Notes: generated by a model not told the origin, from the letters alone. A DNA stretch of 64,000 bases from Polyangiaceae bacterium (GCA_965222375.1 CBDCTZ010000016.1:1952001-2016000); one strand, 5' to 3'. Counted from the first letter of the stretch, positions 36,562-49,091 are shown. Numbers and translations: made by a program.

Positions 36562-39500
36562 GTCTCCGCCGCGAACATGCGGCGGCCCCATTGAAGGTGG
36601 ATGGCATCGCTTCCGCCATGAAGGCGATCTTCAAGTCTCCGCCGCGAACATGCGGCGGCCCCATTGAAGGACGATGATGTCGTTGCCCGCCGAAGGCAGG
36701 TGCAGGTCTCCGCCGCGAACATGCGGCGGCCCCATTGAAGGTAAGGGTAAGCTGCAGCAGTGCACCGCCGGATCGCTAGTCTCCGCCGCGAACATGCGGC
36801 GGCCCCATTGAAGGGTGGCAAGCCTGTTCGGCAAGACCGACCGCTAGGCCCGTCTCCGCCGCGAACATGCGGCGGCCCCATTGAAGGGCGATCGACCAGT
36901 CCCGCCGCGTACGCACCATCGCTGGTCTCCGCCGCGAACATGCGGCGGCCCCATTGAAGGGCCTCTTTTTCCCCTTGGGGGGTAGGGGGGAAATGGAGTC
37001 TCCGCCGCGAACATGCGGCGGCCCCATTGAAGGGACGATCGGGTATTCCTCGAGCAGCCGGTGATACTGGTTGTCTCCGCCGCGAACATGCGGCGGCCCC
37101 ATTGAAGGGCGGAATTGCTCCCACGCAAAGAAGTCGTCCACCCCGGTCTCCGCCGCGAACATGCGGCGGCCCCATTGAAGGTCCCAGAACGCCCAGTCAC
37201 ACGGCGCCGCGAAGATGTTGTCTCCGCCGCGAACATGCGGCGGCCCCATTGAAGGACGGCCTCGGCGGACCGCTTCGGGGTCGGCGGGCTGTCTCCGCCG
37301 CGAACATGCGGCGGCCCCATTGAAGGCGCCGAAAGTCGCGGAACCCCTTGGCGTAGAACGTGTCTCCGCCGCGAACATGCGGCGGCCCCATTGAAGGTTC
37401 CGCTGCTTCTCGTCGTCGACCGCCTTCTTCTTGTCTCCGCCGCGAACATGCGGCGGCCCCATTGAAGGCAGTGGGACGCGTTCGTTAGCCCACTTGGTGT
37501 CATCGTCTCCGCCGCGAACATGCGGCGGCCCCATTGAAGGCTGCCAATGAGAATGGTCGAAGTAGGTGGACGCCGTGTCTCCGCCGCGAACATGCGGCGG
37601 CCCCATTGAAGGAAGACGTGGTTGGGGCGCAGCGTCAAGGAGATGGAGGTCTCCGCCGCGAACATGCGGCGGCCCCATTGAAGGCCGGAGACCCACCTGT
37701 CTCGCACGGTGCGGGCCCCTGGTCTCCGCCGCGAACATGCGGCGGCCCCATTGAAGGGCCCGTGGTGAGCTCGACTCGCTTCCCGTCCGGGAGGTCTCCG
37801 CCGCGAACATGCGGCGGCCCCATTGAAGGCGCGTAGATCGCTCGAGCCGCTCGTTCAGCTGCCGCTCGTCTCCGCCGCGAACATGCGGCGGCCCCATTGA
37901 AGGGTCGATTAGGTCCCCGCACTTGTACGGGTTGACCGTGGTCTCCGCCGCGAACATGCGGCGGCCCCATTGAAGGGACGACATCCGCGTAGAGGAAGGC
38001 AAGGGCCGCGGGGGTCTCCGCCGCGAACATGCGGCGGCCCCATTGAAGGGTATATACCCACTGCCCCACTGCCCCACTCACGCACGTCTCCGCCGCGAAC
38101 ATGCGGCGGCCCCATTGAAGGAGGCTCTCTTCGTCGAGCTCACTCACCAAATCGTCGAGTCTCCGCCGCGAACATGCGGCGGCCCCATTGAAGGGCCCCA
38201 GTGTGCACGCGCCCAAAGCGCGTGATACGGTCTCCGCCGCGAACATGCGGCGGCCCCATTGAAGGAAGATGCCAACTAACACTAATAAGTCCGACTCAAC
38301 TAGTCTCCGCCGCGAACATGCGGCGGCCCCATTGAAGGTTCGGAGCATCAAAGAATGAGCATCGTAGTACCTCGGTCTCCGCCGCGAACATGCGGCGGCC
38401 CCATTGAAGGCTAGCAATAGCTCGCCAGCCTCCGTTAAGGTGCCATCCTGTCTCCGCCGCGAACATGCGGCGGCCCCATTGAAGGACTATCTCCCTCTCC
38501 TGCCTACGTCGACGAACCGTAGGTCTCCGCCGCGAACATGCGGCGGCCCCATTGAAGGTCCTCTCGACTCATCACAATGTATTCAGCCATCTCTCCAGTC
38601 TCCGCCGCGAACATGCGGCGGCCCCATTGAAGGAAAAGGCTCGCCCGCCCAAGCACGTGCCCGATGATGGTCTCCGCCGCGAACATGCGGCGGCCCCATT
38701 GAAGGGAATGGAACAAGTCCTGTTCCGCCCCCGTCGCCAAGTCTCCGCCGCGAACATGCGGCGGCCCCATTGAAGGGTCGCGCTAAACGGCGGTGCAAAC
38801 CTCGGGGGCGGGTCTCCGCCGCGAACATGCGGCGGCCCCATTGAAGGTACGCAGTTGGCTACCGCCGGGATCGAAACGTGCTCCGTCTCCGCCGCGAACA
38901 TGCGGCGGCCCCATTGAAGGGAGAGCACCAGGTGCGCGTGCTCGATGGCTTCCCGGTGGTCTCCGCCGCGAACATGCGGCGGCCCCATTGAAGGATGCAG
39001 CGTCAGGCTGCAGAAAACGTAATGCGTCTGGTCTCCGCCGCGAACATGCGGCGGCCCCATTGAAGGAACCATCATGTCGCGAAACTCCGGGTCGGGCTCG
39101 ATGTCTCCGCCGCGAACATGCGGCGGCCCCATTGAAGGTCGCTTGAAGCCGCATCCGGTGGACCCGTCTCGACCTTGTCTCCGCCGCGAACATGCGGCGG
39201 CCCCATTGAAGGGAGGACCTCTTCGAGGACCCAGAGGCGACCGTCCCTGGTCTCCGCCGCGAACATGCGGCGGCCCCATTGAAGGAGGTGGAGTGATGGG
39301 CAAAGCCAGTCGTGACAAGGGAGGTCTCCGCCGCGAACATGCGGCGGCCCCATTGAAGGCCGGGGGCCTAGGCCTTTACCCTCGACCAGTAGGACGTCTC
39401 CGCCGCGAACATGCGGCGGCCCCATTGAAGGCGAGCCGCGTCGGCCAAGCATCCTCGGCTCCGGTTGTCTCCGCCGCGAACATGCGGCGGCCCCATTGAA

Positions 39501-42500
39501 GGCTGGTAGGGGGTGAGCCGACACGACTCGCGATAGATCCGTCTCCGCCGCGAACATGCGGCGGCCCCATTGAAGGAAGATCAAGGGCCATCACACCTCG
39601 CTTTCGAACAAGATGTCTCCGCCGCGAACATGCGGCGGCCCCATTGAAGGTTTCGGTCGCTATATCGGTGCGGGTGGCGGGTCATCAGTCTCCGCCGCGA
39701 ACATGCGGCGGCCCCATTGAAGGCCGTGGCGGCGCTGAACCCGGCCCCGGTCTCGACGTCTCCGCCGCGAACATGCGGCGGCCCCATTGAAGGAACCTCG
39801 ACCCACGACGCGCCGGGGCTCACTCCGAGGTCTCCGCCGCGAACATGCGGCGGCCCCATTGAAGGATCTTTACCAGGCGCTCACACGCCGCTTCGATGTC
39901 CTGTCTCCGCCGCGAACATGCGGCGGCCCCATTGAAGGGAGATCGACTGCAGCGCTGGTGCTGGGCAGATGCCAGGTCTCCGCCGCGAACATGCGGCGGC
40001 CCCATTGAAGGAAGGGGGGCGGCTGATGGGCTACGACGACTTCGAGGTCTCCGCCGCGAACATGCGGCGGCCCCATTGAAGGCAGAGGTAGGTCGCCATG
40101 ACGGTCTCGGGGTCGACTTGTCTCCGCCGCGAACATGCGGCGGCCCCATTGAAGCATCAGTGACGAGGACGGAGGCCATCGGGGCCCCCGAAGTCTCCGC
40201 CGCGAACATGCGGCGGCCCCATTGAAGCCGGCCTCGTGCACGAACACAACCCGGCCGACCATCTCGTCTCCGCCGCGAACATGCGGCGGCCCCATTGAAG
40301 CACCGAGTGATAACCAGCCGGTCCGCCGCCCAAGTTGCGGTCTCCGCCGCGAACATGCGGCGGCCCCATTGAAGCCGCGTCGAGGCCAGGCGGTGGGTTC
40401 GCCCAGGTGATGTCTCCGCCGCGAACATGCGGCGGCCCCATTGAAGCATGCTGACGTCCTGCGGATGCAGGGCCAGCTTGACGTCTCCGCCGCGAACATG
40501 CGGCGGCCCCATTGAAGCTCGCGAGAGCGCAGCAGCGCGCCACCGCCACCAACGCGTCTCCGCCGCGAACATGCGGCGGCCCCATTGAAGCATCAGAGAA
40601 AAGCGCGGGTCGATCTCCTGCAGAAGGTCTCCGCCGCGAACATGCGGCGGCCCCATTGAAGCCGCCTGGCTGTGCGCGACTCGACCTGCTTGATGCGGGT
40701 CTCCGCCGCGAACATGCGGCGGCCCCATTGAAGCACGACTTCGCGGCGCACCTGGGCGTCGGCGATATCGCGTCTCCGCCGCGAACATGCGGCGGCCCCA
40801 TTGAAGCCATCCGGCCCTCGCCGCGCCACCAGTCCACGAATCCGTCTCCGCCGCGAACATGCGGCGGCCCCATTGAAGCGTAGTACTCCAGGGCGTCGGT
40901 GGCTTTGCTTGGGAGTCTCCGCCGCGAACATGCGGCGGCCCCATTGAAGCTGCGAATTCGAACAGGTGACAGAGGGCGTCAACGAGGTCTCCGCCGCGAA
41001 CATGCGGCGGCCCCATTGAAGCGTCGATGACCAGCGGCAGCTTCGAGAGCTCCTGAATCACGTCTCCGCCGCGAACATGCGGCGGCCCCATTGAAGCAGA
41101 GTGGCCTGGGCATGCGCGAGGGTGCCTTTCACTGTCTCCGCCGCGAACATGCGGCGGCCCCATTGAAGCGGGATCTGCAGGAGCTGCTCGCGTACGAATT
41201 CCGCGTAGTCTCCGCCGCGAACATGCGGCGGCCCCATTGAAGCAGCACGACTTCGTAGGTGCCGCCGCCCGTGTCTTCGGTCTCCGCCGCGAACATGCGG
41301 CGGCCCCATTGAAGCCCGTCGTGGCGAAAGTAGTCTTGGCGCTGGGCGATCATCGTCTCCGCCGCGAACATGCGGCGGCCCCATTGAAGCACCGGCTCCA
41401 CCATGGGCTCGGTCACGGCAACGGGCACGTCTCCGCCGCGAACATGCGGCGGCCCCATTGAAGCCACCAGTTCCTGGTGAGCGGCTGAACCACAGTGCTC
41501 GCGTGGTCTCCGCCGCGAACATGCGGCGGCCCCATTGAAGCCAGTGCAGGATGTGCCACCAAGAGGTAGAGGGGGGCCGTCTCCGCCGCGAACATGCGGC
41601 GGCCCCATTGAAGCCACTCACAGGCCCCAACCTCGATGCCGCGGCGGTTGGTCTCCGCCGCGAACATGCGGCGGCCCCATTGAAGCTCGATCTGCTCCGT
41701 GCCGAGCGCGTAGGCCATCGCGGGTCTCCGCCGCGAACATGCGGCGGCCCCATTGAAGCAACGGCTTCCCGTTGACGATCGCTCCCGCCTTCGGTGTCTC
41801 CGCCGCGAACATGCGGCGGCCCCATTGAAGCTCGCAGCCCTCCCACGGGTTGAAGGTGTGGTGAGCCGTCTCCGCCGCGAACATGCGGCGGCCCCATTGA
41901 AGCCGAACCGGTTCCTCGTGGGCCCGCACCTCGCTCGTTAGTCTCCGCCGCGAACATGCGGCGGCCCCATTGAAGCCAGAGCCAGCAGCGGCCCCCGGTG
42001 GCGTAGAGCGTGAAGTCTCCGCCGCGAACATGCGGCGGCCCCATTGAAGCGGCGATGGCGGCGAACGCAGCCAACGGGGAATACCACTCGTCTCCGCCGC
42101 GAACATGCGGCGGCCCCATTGAAGCCACGACCTGCGCCCCGAAGCCTGCTGCGTGGCGTTTGGTCTCCGCCGCGAACATGCGGCGGCCCCATTGAAGCGC
42201 ACACTGCGCAAGGACGTTCGAGCGTTGCAGCAATAGGGTCTCCGCCGCGAACATGCGGCGGCCCCATTGAAGCCCACCTCCCGAGCCGCCATCTTCCTGG
42301 CGGCTCGCTGGTCTCCGCCGCGAACATGCGGCGGCCCCATTGAAGCATCCTCCGCCCACTCCGCATACCCGCCCCAATGCACCGTCTCCGCCGCGAACAT
42401 GCGGCGGCCCCATTGAAGCACGGACACTGAAATCGCCCAACTTCGCACTTGGGCCAGTCTCCGCCGCGAACATGCGGCGGCCCCATTGAAGCGAGGCAGA

Positions 42501-45500
42501 CGAGGAAACACCCGTCGCCGTCGAGAGGGTCTCCGCCGCGAACATGCGGCGGCCCCATTGAAGCGACCCCTTTCGCTTGTCAGCACCCTGTAGCCTTCGG
42601 GTGTCTCCGCCGCGAACATGCGGCGGCCCCATTGAAGCACTCCCACCGGGCTGACGCCGCCGACCATCCAGTCCCGTCTCCGCCGCGAACATGCGGCGGC
42701 CCCATTGAAGCTCGGTTTCATCGGCAGCGGCTCGGCGGCAATGCCCGAGTCTCCGTCGCGAACATGCGGCGGCCCCATTGAAGCCTGGACTTTTTGCCGC
42801 CGAGTGAGCCCAGCGCCCTGTCTCCGCCGCGAACATGCGGCGGCCCCATTGAAGCCAGTCGACTACCAGCGAGTAGCTGAGCGAGTCGCTCGTCTCCGCC
42901 GCGAACATGCGGCGGCCCCATTGAAGCAAAAAACGCGAGGTCGTGACCGAGGCCGTGTTCGACGTCTCCGCCGCGAACATGCGGCGGCCCCATTGAAGCC
43001 AGTCGACTACCAGCGAGTAGCTGAGCGAGTCGCTCGTCTCCGCCGCGAACATGCGGCGGCCCCATTGAAGCAAAAAACGCGAGGTCGTGACCGAGGCCGT
43101 GTTCGACGTCTCCGCCGCGAACATGCGGCGGCCCCATTGAAGCCGCGACATCGGCTTTCCCGTCGAACGGGTTCCGTACGTCTCCGCCGCGAACATGCGG
43201 CGGCCCCATTGAAGCCGGGAGAGCGCGACCGAGGAGATACTGTGATCAAGAGGTCTCCGCCGCGAACATGCGGCGGCCCCATTGAAGCGGGAGACGCCGC
43301 CGTCCTTCCAGAAGGGGTCAAAGGCGTCTCCGCCGCGAACATGCGGCGGCCCCATTGAAGCGTGGCGGTGACCTGTCACTACGATGTGGTCGACTGGCTG
43401 GTCTCCGCCGCGAACATGCGGCGGCCCCATTGAAGCTAGCCGACTTCACTGGCGGCGTCGACGCTGAAACTGATGTCTCCGCCGCGAACATGCGGCGGCC
43501 CCATTGAAGCGACATCGTCGTTGATGGCTTCGCCCACGAACTGGCCCGTCTCCGCCGCGAACATGCGGCGGCCCCATTGAAGCGTCTCGTTCGCGGCCAA
43601 GAACCCGCTGCTAGCCGGCACGTCTCCGCCGCGAACATGCGGCGGCCCCATTGAAGCGGACCCGCTGTCACTGGAGAGCTACGCGCTCCCGCCGTCTCCG
43701 CCGCGAACATGCGGCGGCCCCATTGAAGCGACTTGGTGGAACCGTTGGTGGAGGAGCAGGGGTTGGTCTCCGCCGCGAACATGCGGCGGCCCCATTGAAG
43801 CCCTGAGGGTCCCCATCCGCCCGCACCGAGTACTCTATGTCTCCGCCGCGAACATGCGGCGGCCCCATTGAAGCGAATCGTCAGTTTGTCCTTTCCAGAC
43901 TGAATGACTTGACCAGTCTCCGCCGCGAACATGCGGCGGCCCCATTGAAGCAAGGGTAACATGCTTCACCCTCAATAACCTACGGTGCGTCTCCGCCGCG
44001 AACATGCGGCGGCCCCATTGAAGCACCCCGTTTGGTTTCTGTGACCTGTTGCGTGAGGTGCGTCTCCGCCGCGAACATGCGGCGGCCCCATTGAAGCCCG
44101 CCTCCAAGTTCTCACGCCTGAACGCAACCACCGAGTCTCCGCCGCGAACATGCGGCGGCCCCATTGAAGCTGATTGGTGGGCAGCAAGTCCGTCCACAAG
44201 CCGTCAGGTCTCCGCCGCGAACATGCGGCGGCCCCATTGAAGCCTATTCTTGAGACGCGTCGTCGTCCCAATTGCACGGGTCTCCGCCGCGAACATGCGG
44301 CGGCCCCATTGAAGCTCTGCCTTGTTCTGACCACCGGCCTGCGATTTCACCGGTCTCCGCCGCGAACATGCGGCGGCCCCATTGAAGCTCAACGAAGTAG
44401 CCACGCACCCCGCGCTTGTCCGGGGTCTCCGCCGCGAACATGCGGCGGCCCCATTGAAGCGGACGTCCTACCTTCGCGAACGCGTTGGGAATATCGAAGT
44501 CTCCGCCGCGAACATGCGGCGGCCCCATTGAAGCCAAATCAACCGCCTCGGTAAGCGCTTCGCTCTCAGCGTCTCCGCCGCGAACATGCGGCGGCCCCAT
44601 TGAAGCTGCCGGAGCTGCTCGAGCTCCTGAGCCGTCTCAGACTCGTCTCCGCCGCGAACATGCGGCGGCCCCATTGAAGCGGACGTCCTACCTTCGCGAA
44701 CGCGTTGGGAATATCGAAGTCTCCGCCGCGAACATGCGGCGGCCCCATTGAAGCCAGCTCCTCAACGGTGAGACGACGAATCGGTATTCGTCTCCGCCGC
44801 GAACATGCGGCGGCCCCATTGAAGCAACAAGGCAATCGAGCGTCAACGGTACGACGCATCTGGTCTCCGCCGCGAACATGCGGCGGCCCCATTGAAGCAC
44901 CCCGTTTGGTTTCTGTGACCTGTTGCGTGAGGTGCGTCTCCGCCGCGAACATGCGGCGGCCCCATTGAAGCAGCCGCGCTTCTTCGGCCTCCCGTTCCGC
45001 CCGGAGGTCTCCGCCGCGAACATGCGGCGGCCCCATTGAAGCGCGCAGTCCTATCCCCTCGATCTGGCGCACTCGCTCGTCTCCGCCGCGAACATGCGGC
45101 GGCCCCATTGAAGCAACTTGCCGTCCAGCGAGGTTTGATCCAACCGCAGGGTCTCCGCCGCGAACATGCGGCGGCCCCATTGAAGCCCGCATCGGACTGC
45201 GCTGGCAGCCGTTGGCTACACCGTCTCCGCCGCGAACATGCGGCGGCCCCATTGAAGCTCCGTGAAGACGGATGTACGCACCTACGCCAGCATTCAGGTC
45301 TCCGCCGCGAACATGCGGCGGCCCCATTGAAGCGAAGCCGGTGGTGTGTTCCGTGCTCGTGACCTTCACGTCTCCGCCGCGAACATGCGGCGGCCCCATT
45401 GAAGCTTGGGTCTACCCGTTCACTGTAAAGCGTTCGCATATGTCTCCGCCGCGAACATGCGGCGGCCCCATTGAAGCGGGAATTCTTGCGGCGGTCCTTG

Positions 45501-45766
45501 GTGCCCCACTCTCGTCTCCGCCGCGAACATGCGGCGGCCCCATTGAAGCCGCACTCTGGCCTCTGCCCGCTTTCTTGCTACGTCTAGTCTCCGCCGCGAA
45601 CATGCGGCGGCCCCATTGAAGCCGCACAATCGGACGCACGTTTTACGACTTGGGGCTGTCTCCGCCGCGAACATGCGGCGGCCCCATTGAAGCGCGCACA
45701 GCTTGCATCAGCCCAGACCCCGTTTTCCTGGTCTCCGCCGCGAACATGCGGCGGCCCCATTGAAGC
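36562..45766 (+). CRISPR. CRISPR array, 36-bp repeat GTCTCCGCCGCGAACATGCGGCGGCCCCATTGAAG(G/C), about 127 repeats / 126 spacers (manual count)
   Basis: Regular ~72-bp period; hairpin CCGCCGC/GCGGCGG; 3' ATTGAAGC handle typical of I-G; one variant repeat at ~42749. Confidence 0.99.
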
Positions 45767-45867
45767 TAACCCATGGGTAACCCATGCAAGGTCAGTCAGT
45801 ACTGCGTTCGTCGGCGATGGACTCTGCACACTTCGGTGGCCCTGTACAGGCCGCGAGCGCGGCGGTG

Positions 45868-46620
45868 TCAGCTTCTGGGTGGGGGCCGATGCCGTGAGGA
45901 GGTCTCGCCGGCATCGACGTCCAACTCCAGCACGACTGGTCCGTGGTCACTCAGGCGACGAACGAACTCGTTGTCCACAACCTCGCAGGAGGTGGCTCGC
46001 GGGATCCATGTTTTGGACAAGAAGAAGTGGTCGTCTTGGTACTGCTCCTTGGTTTGGTGCCCCCAGAAGCTCTGGGTCTCCCGACCATGGATGCCGAAGT
46101 GAACGTCGTGGAGGCCGCCGGCCTCCATGGCGGCGAAAAAGCCCCTGTGTTTCTTGCCGCCGTACACCTCATCGAAGCGCCGGGCGGAGTTGAAATCGCC
46201 GCCGAGGAGCACGGGTAGGTCGCCGTACGTGGTGCTCGCCAACTCGGTGAGCTTCGCGAGGTCGCGGTGGAGGTTTTCCTTGGGATAGACATGAGCCGCA
46301 ACGACAATGAGGCGGCCAGCCGGCGTCGTGACCTTGACAGGAACAGCGTAGGTTTGATCGCTCAAAAGCAAGCTTGCAGCCGGTGCGACCTTCCAATGTC
46401 GGACGAGCACCGCTGTTCCTGCTTCGACCGTGTCGTTGGCTCGGTCGCAGAGCGTGACCGCGTAGGCCGCTTGGGCTCTCGTGACTTCGGTGACCAGCGC
46501 CTCCTGGACGAGGGCGACATCGGGTTCAAGCTCGTTGCGAAGGTATTCCCAGGCTTCGCCATGGCTGTGTCGGTAGCGCGACCGGGGTCCGCAGCCCATG
46601 TTCCATGTTACGACGCGCAT
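45868..46620 (-). CDS. Endonuclease/exonuclease/phosphatase (EEP, ExoIII-like) family protein
   Basis: MRVVTWNM, DVALVQE, GGDFN, DDHFF, SDHGPV. Confidence 0.92.
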   Translation of the reverse strand: MRVVTWNMGCGPRSRYRHSHGEAWEYLRNELEPDVALVQEALVTEVTRAQAAYAVTLCDRANDTVEAGTAVLVRHWKVAPAASLLLSDQTYAVPVKVTTPAGRLIVVAAHVYPKENLHRDLAKLTELASTTYGDLPVLLGGDFNSARRFDEVYGGKKHRGFFAAMEAGGLHDVHFGIHGRETQSFWGHQTKEQYQDDHFFLSKTWIPRATSCEVVDNEFVRRLSDHGPVVLELDVDAGETSSRHRPPPRS

Positions 46621-46768
46621 TCTGGCAGCCACACTACCACTGCATGGTGTGCGGGACAATCGGCCGTCTCGGGGCTACGAGTGACCAGAATGCGCAACGT
46701 CTCCGGTGGTTCTCACGCGACCGCTGGTGACTCGCCGTCATCAGCTCATCACCAGGCGGCGTACCGCG

Positions 46769-46834
46769 GGCGAATGTTCTAGAGTAGTGCCCCAGCGACG
46801 GAAAGGGCCGCGACCCCTAACCAAAAGCAAGATC
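46769..46834. repeat. Imperfect ~65-bp direct repeat, copy A
   Basis: ggcgaatgttctagagtagtgccccagcgacggaaagggccgcgacccctaaccaaaagcaagatc; partner at 49232-49296. Confidence 0.75.
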
Positions 46835-47186
46835 GAACTTCAGGCGTCATACGCGCGTCGTCCCGGGGCGAGACCGCAGTTGAGCGCTGGTGCGAACGGG
46901 TAGTTGCCGGAGGTGCAGCTTGCTGGCGTCGCGCGCGTCCCACAGGTGGCGTTTGCGAACAACGTCGCTGCGATTCGCAGCGTCTCATCCGGTCGAACGC
47001 CGATGTTCCAGGCCTCTGAATAGAACGACTGGCCGGGGGTAGCTGCAGATCTGAAAACGCTGTAGTCGTGGCGTCACACGGCCGCGCTGTGCGCCGGGCC
47101 CACCCCGCAGGGCTTTTAAAGGGAGCGGCTGCTCCGGCCCCGGTACCTTCCGCAAACACGAGTTTCAACCTATTCTTGGCAAGATC

Positions 47187-47594
47187 ATGAAACCGGACGC
47201 AACGATCCGCGTGCTTCTGTTGGGGAACGACGCGCGCAGACGTGACGCCGAATGCCAGGCGCTGTCAGGGCCTACCTTTGAACCCGAACCAGTAGAGTTC
47301 GCCACACATGCGGTGAGCCGCGCCTTGGAGAAGCACTACGACGCGATCGTGGTCGATTCCGCGCGCACTGCCGACGACGGCCAAAGCGACGGCCTGGCCG
47401 TGTGCGAGCTCTTGCAGGTGGTCGCACCCCATTCCGTGCTCATCATTCTCCAAGAGCAGGAGGCTCAGTACTCCGAAGAGCTGGGCGGGGGAAAGGTTCA
47501 TCTCCTTCTTGGACGGTGTGACCGAGATCTAGCGCCCTACGTGCGCAGCCGCGTGCTTGAACGTCGCCGAATGGCTGCGCGCGCGCAAAGCTAG
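47187..47594 (+). CDS. Hypothetical protein, degenerate receiver (REC)-like domain
   Basis: RVLLLGND...YDAIVVD...DGLAVCELL pattern. Confidence 0.55.
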   Translation: MKPDATIRVLLLGNDARRRDAECQALSGPTFEPEPVEFATHAVSRALEKHYDAIVVDSARTADDGQSDGLAVCELLQVVAPHSVLIILQEQEAQYSEELGGGKVHLLLGRCDRDLAPYVRSRVLERRRMAARAQS

Positions 47595-47912
47595 AGAAGC
47601 ATGTCCGACGCCCAAGGTGGCTGCCCGGTAGACTTCGGCAGGTGGAGACACGAGTCCAAGCAGGTAGCGTCCCTCAGGCGACAGATGCTTGTAAGAGGCA
47701 CTTGCGGTTTCAGTTTCAGTGGATTGGGAATCGCATGGGCATCCGGAACGTGCAACTGAGACTGCTCCTGTGCATCGCAGCCGGCGTGGCTCGTTGCGCT
47801 CAAGTGAGGAACTTGGATTCAGCGGGAGTGGCGCACTGCTCTTCCAGCTTGTGATGGGCTGCCGGGCTGTGCGAGCTGCGCGCCGCAGGCGAATGCTCTG
47901 GAGGTTCCCGAT

Positions 47913-49091
47913 CTAGTCTTCGATCCAGCGTTCCGCCGCGCCCCAGAATTCACCAGGGCTGCACGCGGTCACGCCGCGAGGCAGTGGAAACGAATCGCCT
48001 ACCGGTGCGACGACGAAGGCTGCGTCTACCTCCAGCGCCTCGCACAGTCCGTGGAACCCACGGCTGACTTTCGGTGCCGAGTTGGCCTTGCACTCCACGA
48101 CAATGCGCCGACCGGCTCGTTCGAGGATCAAGTCAATTTCTGCGCCGTGCGTGGTGCGAATGAACGACGCTTGCCAGCGTGCGCTCGTTGGCTTCGAGAG
48201 GATGTTCTCGAGCGCATACGTTTCCCAGGACGCACCGTACACTGGATGCCCTAGAAGCGCATCCTTGGTGTCGAGCCCCAGCAGTGTGTGCAGCAGCCCC
48301 GTGTCTCGAATGTAGACCTTGGGGGCTTTGACCAGGCGCTTCTTCAGATTCGCATGGTATGCCGGCAGTGAGCGAACGAGGAACGTCTGCTCGAGGATGT
48401 CGATGTATCGGCGAACCGTGTGCGCGCTGACGCCCAGAGAGCCGGCAAGCTTGGCGCTATTGAGCGTCGAGCCCTGGCTGTGGGCGAGCATTGTCCACAG
48501 TCGGCGCATCGACTCTGCTGGAATTGCGAAACCGAGCTGCGGCACGTCGCGTTCCAAGAACGTTTTCACATAGTCCTCGCGCCATTGGACGCTAGCTGCC
48601 TCCGATGGTGCGAGGATGCTGCGGGGGTACCCACCGCGAACCCAATGCAGCGAGCGTGCGGGCTCCGTGAGTTCCCGTACGGAAAAGGGCCCGATTTCGA
48701 GGTACGAGATCCGGCCAGCAAGTGTCTCTGCGCTTTGCTGGATCAGATCTCGCGATGCGGAACCTAGTATCAAGAACTGGCCGAACCGGTCGCCGCGATC
48801 AATTGCGACGCGCAGCGCGGTGAACAGTTCCGGCATGCGTTGGATTTCATCTAAGCAGGTGAGCGTCGTATGATCGAGCGACGCGAAATATGCAGCCGGA
48901 TCGGACAGTCGTGCCCGGTCGGGAGCGCTCTCCAAGTCGAGGAACACGACCTTGCCGGGGTGCTCTCGCGCCAGTGCGCGAGCCAGCGTGGACTTGCCCA
49001 CTTGCCTGGCACCGAGCAGCGCAACTGACGGGCTCGTGGCAAGGCGCGAGCGGACCACGTTGCCGACCTCGCGAGGAATGTAACCGTGCAT
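47913..49091 (-). CDS. AAA+ ATPase (AAA_14) with DUF4143 domain
   Basis: LLGARQVGKSTL, CLDEIQ, ILGSAS, GGYP, KRLVKAPKVYIRDTGL, EIDLIL...VECK. Confidence 0.93.
   Translation of the reverse strand: MHGYIPREVGNVVRSRLATSPSVALLGARQVGKSTLARALAREHPGKVVFLDLESAPDRARLSDPAAYFASLDHTTLTCLDEIQRMPELFTALRVAIDRGDRFGQFLILGSASRDLIQQSAETLAGRISYLEIGPFSVRELTEPARSLHWVRGGYPRSILAPSEAASVQWREDYVKTFLERDVPQLGFAIPAESMRRLWTMLAHSQGSTLNSAKLAGSLGVSAHTVRRYIDILEQTFLVRSLPAYHANLKKRLVKAPKVYIRDTGLLHTLLGLDTKDALLGHPVYGASWETYALENILSKPTSARWQASFIRTTHGAEIDLILERAGRRIVVECKANSAPKVSRGFHGLCEALEVDAAFVVAPVGDSFPLPRGVTACSPGEFWGAAERWIED

Noticed and set aside
36562..45766. Self-targeting spacers within the window
   Set aside because: None noticed by eye, but this was not exhaustive; an alignment is needed
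36495..45829. Long ORFs across the CRISPR array (e.g. 41058-43430, 790 aa)
   Set aside because: The reverse-complement repeat has no stop codon in any frame; the translations are repeat-derived (MGPPHVRGGD/LQWGRRMFAAET) artefacts
45767..45850. Possible degenerate terminal CRISPR repeat after the last full repeat
   Set aside because: Only weak similarity (cacttcggtggccc) at a non-matching spacing
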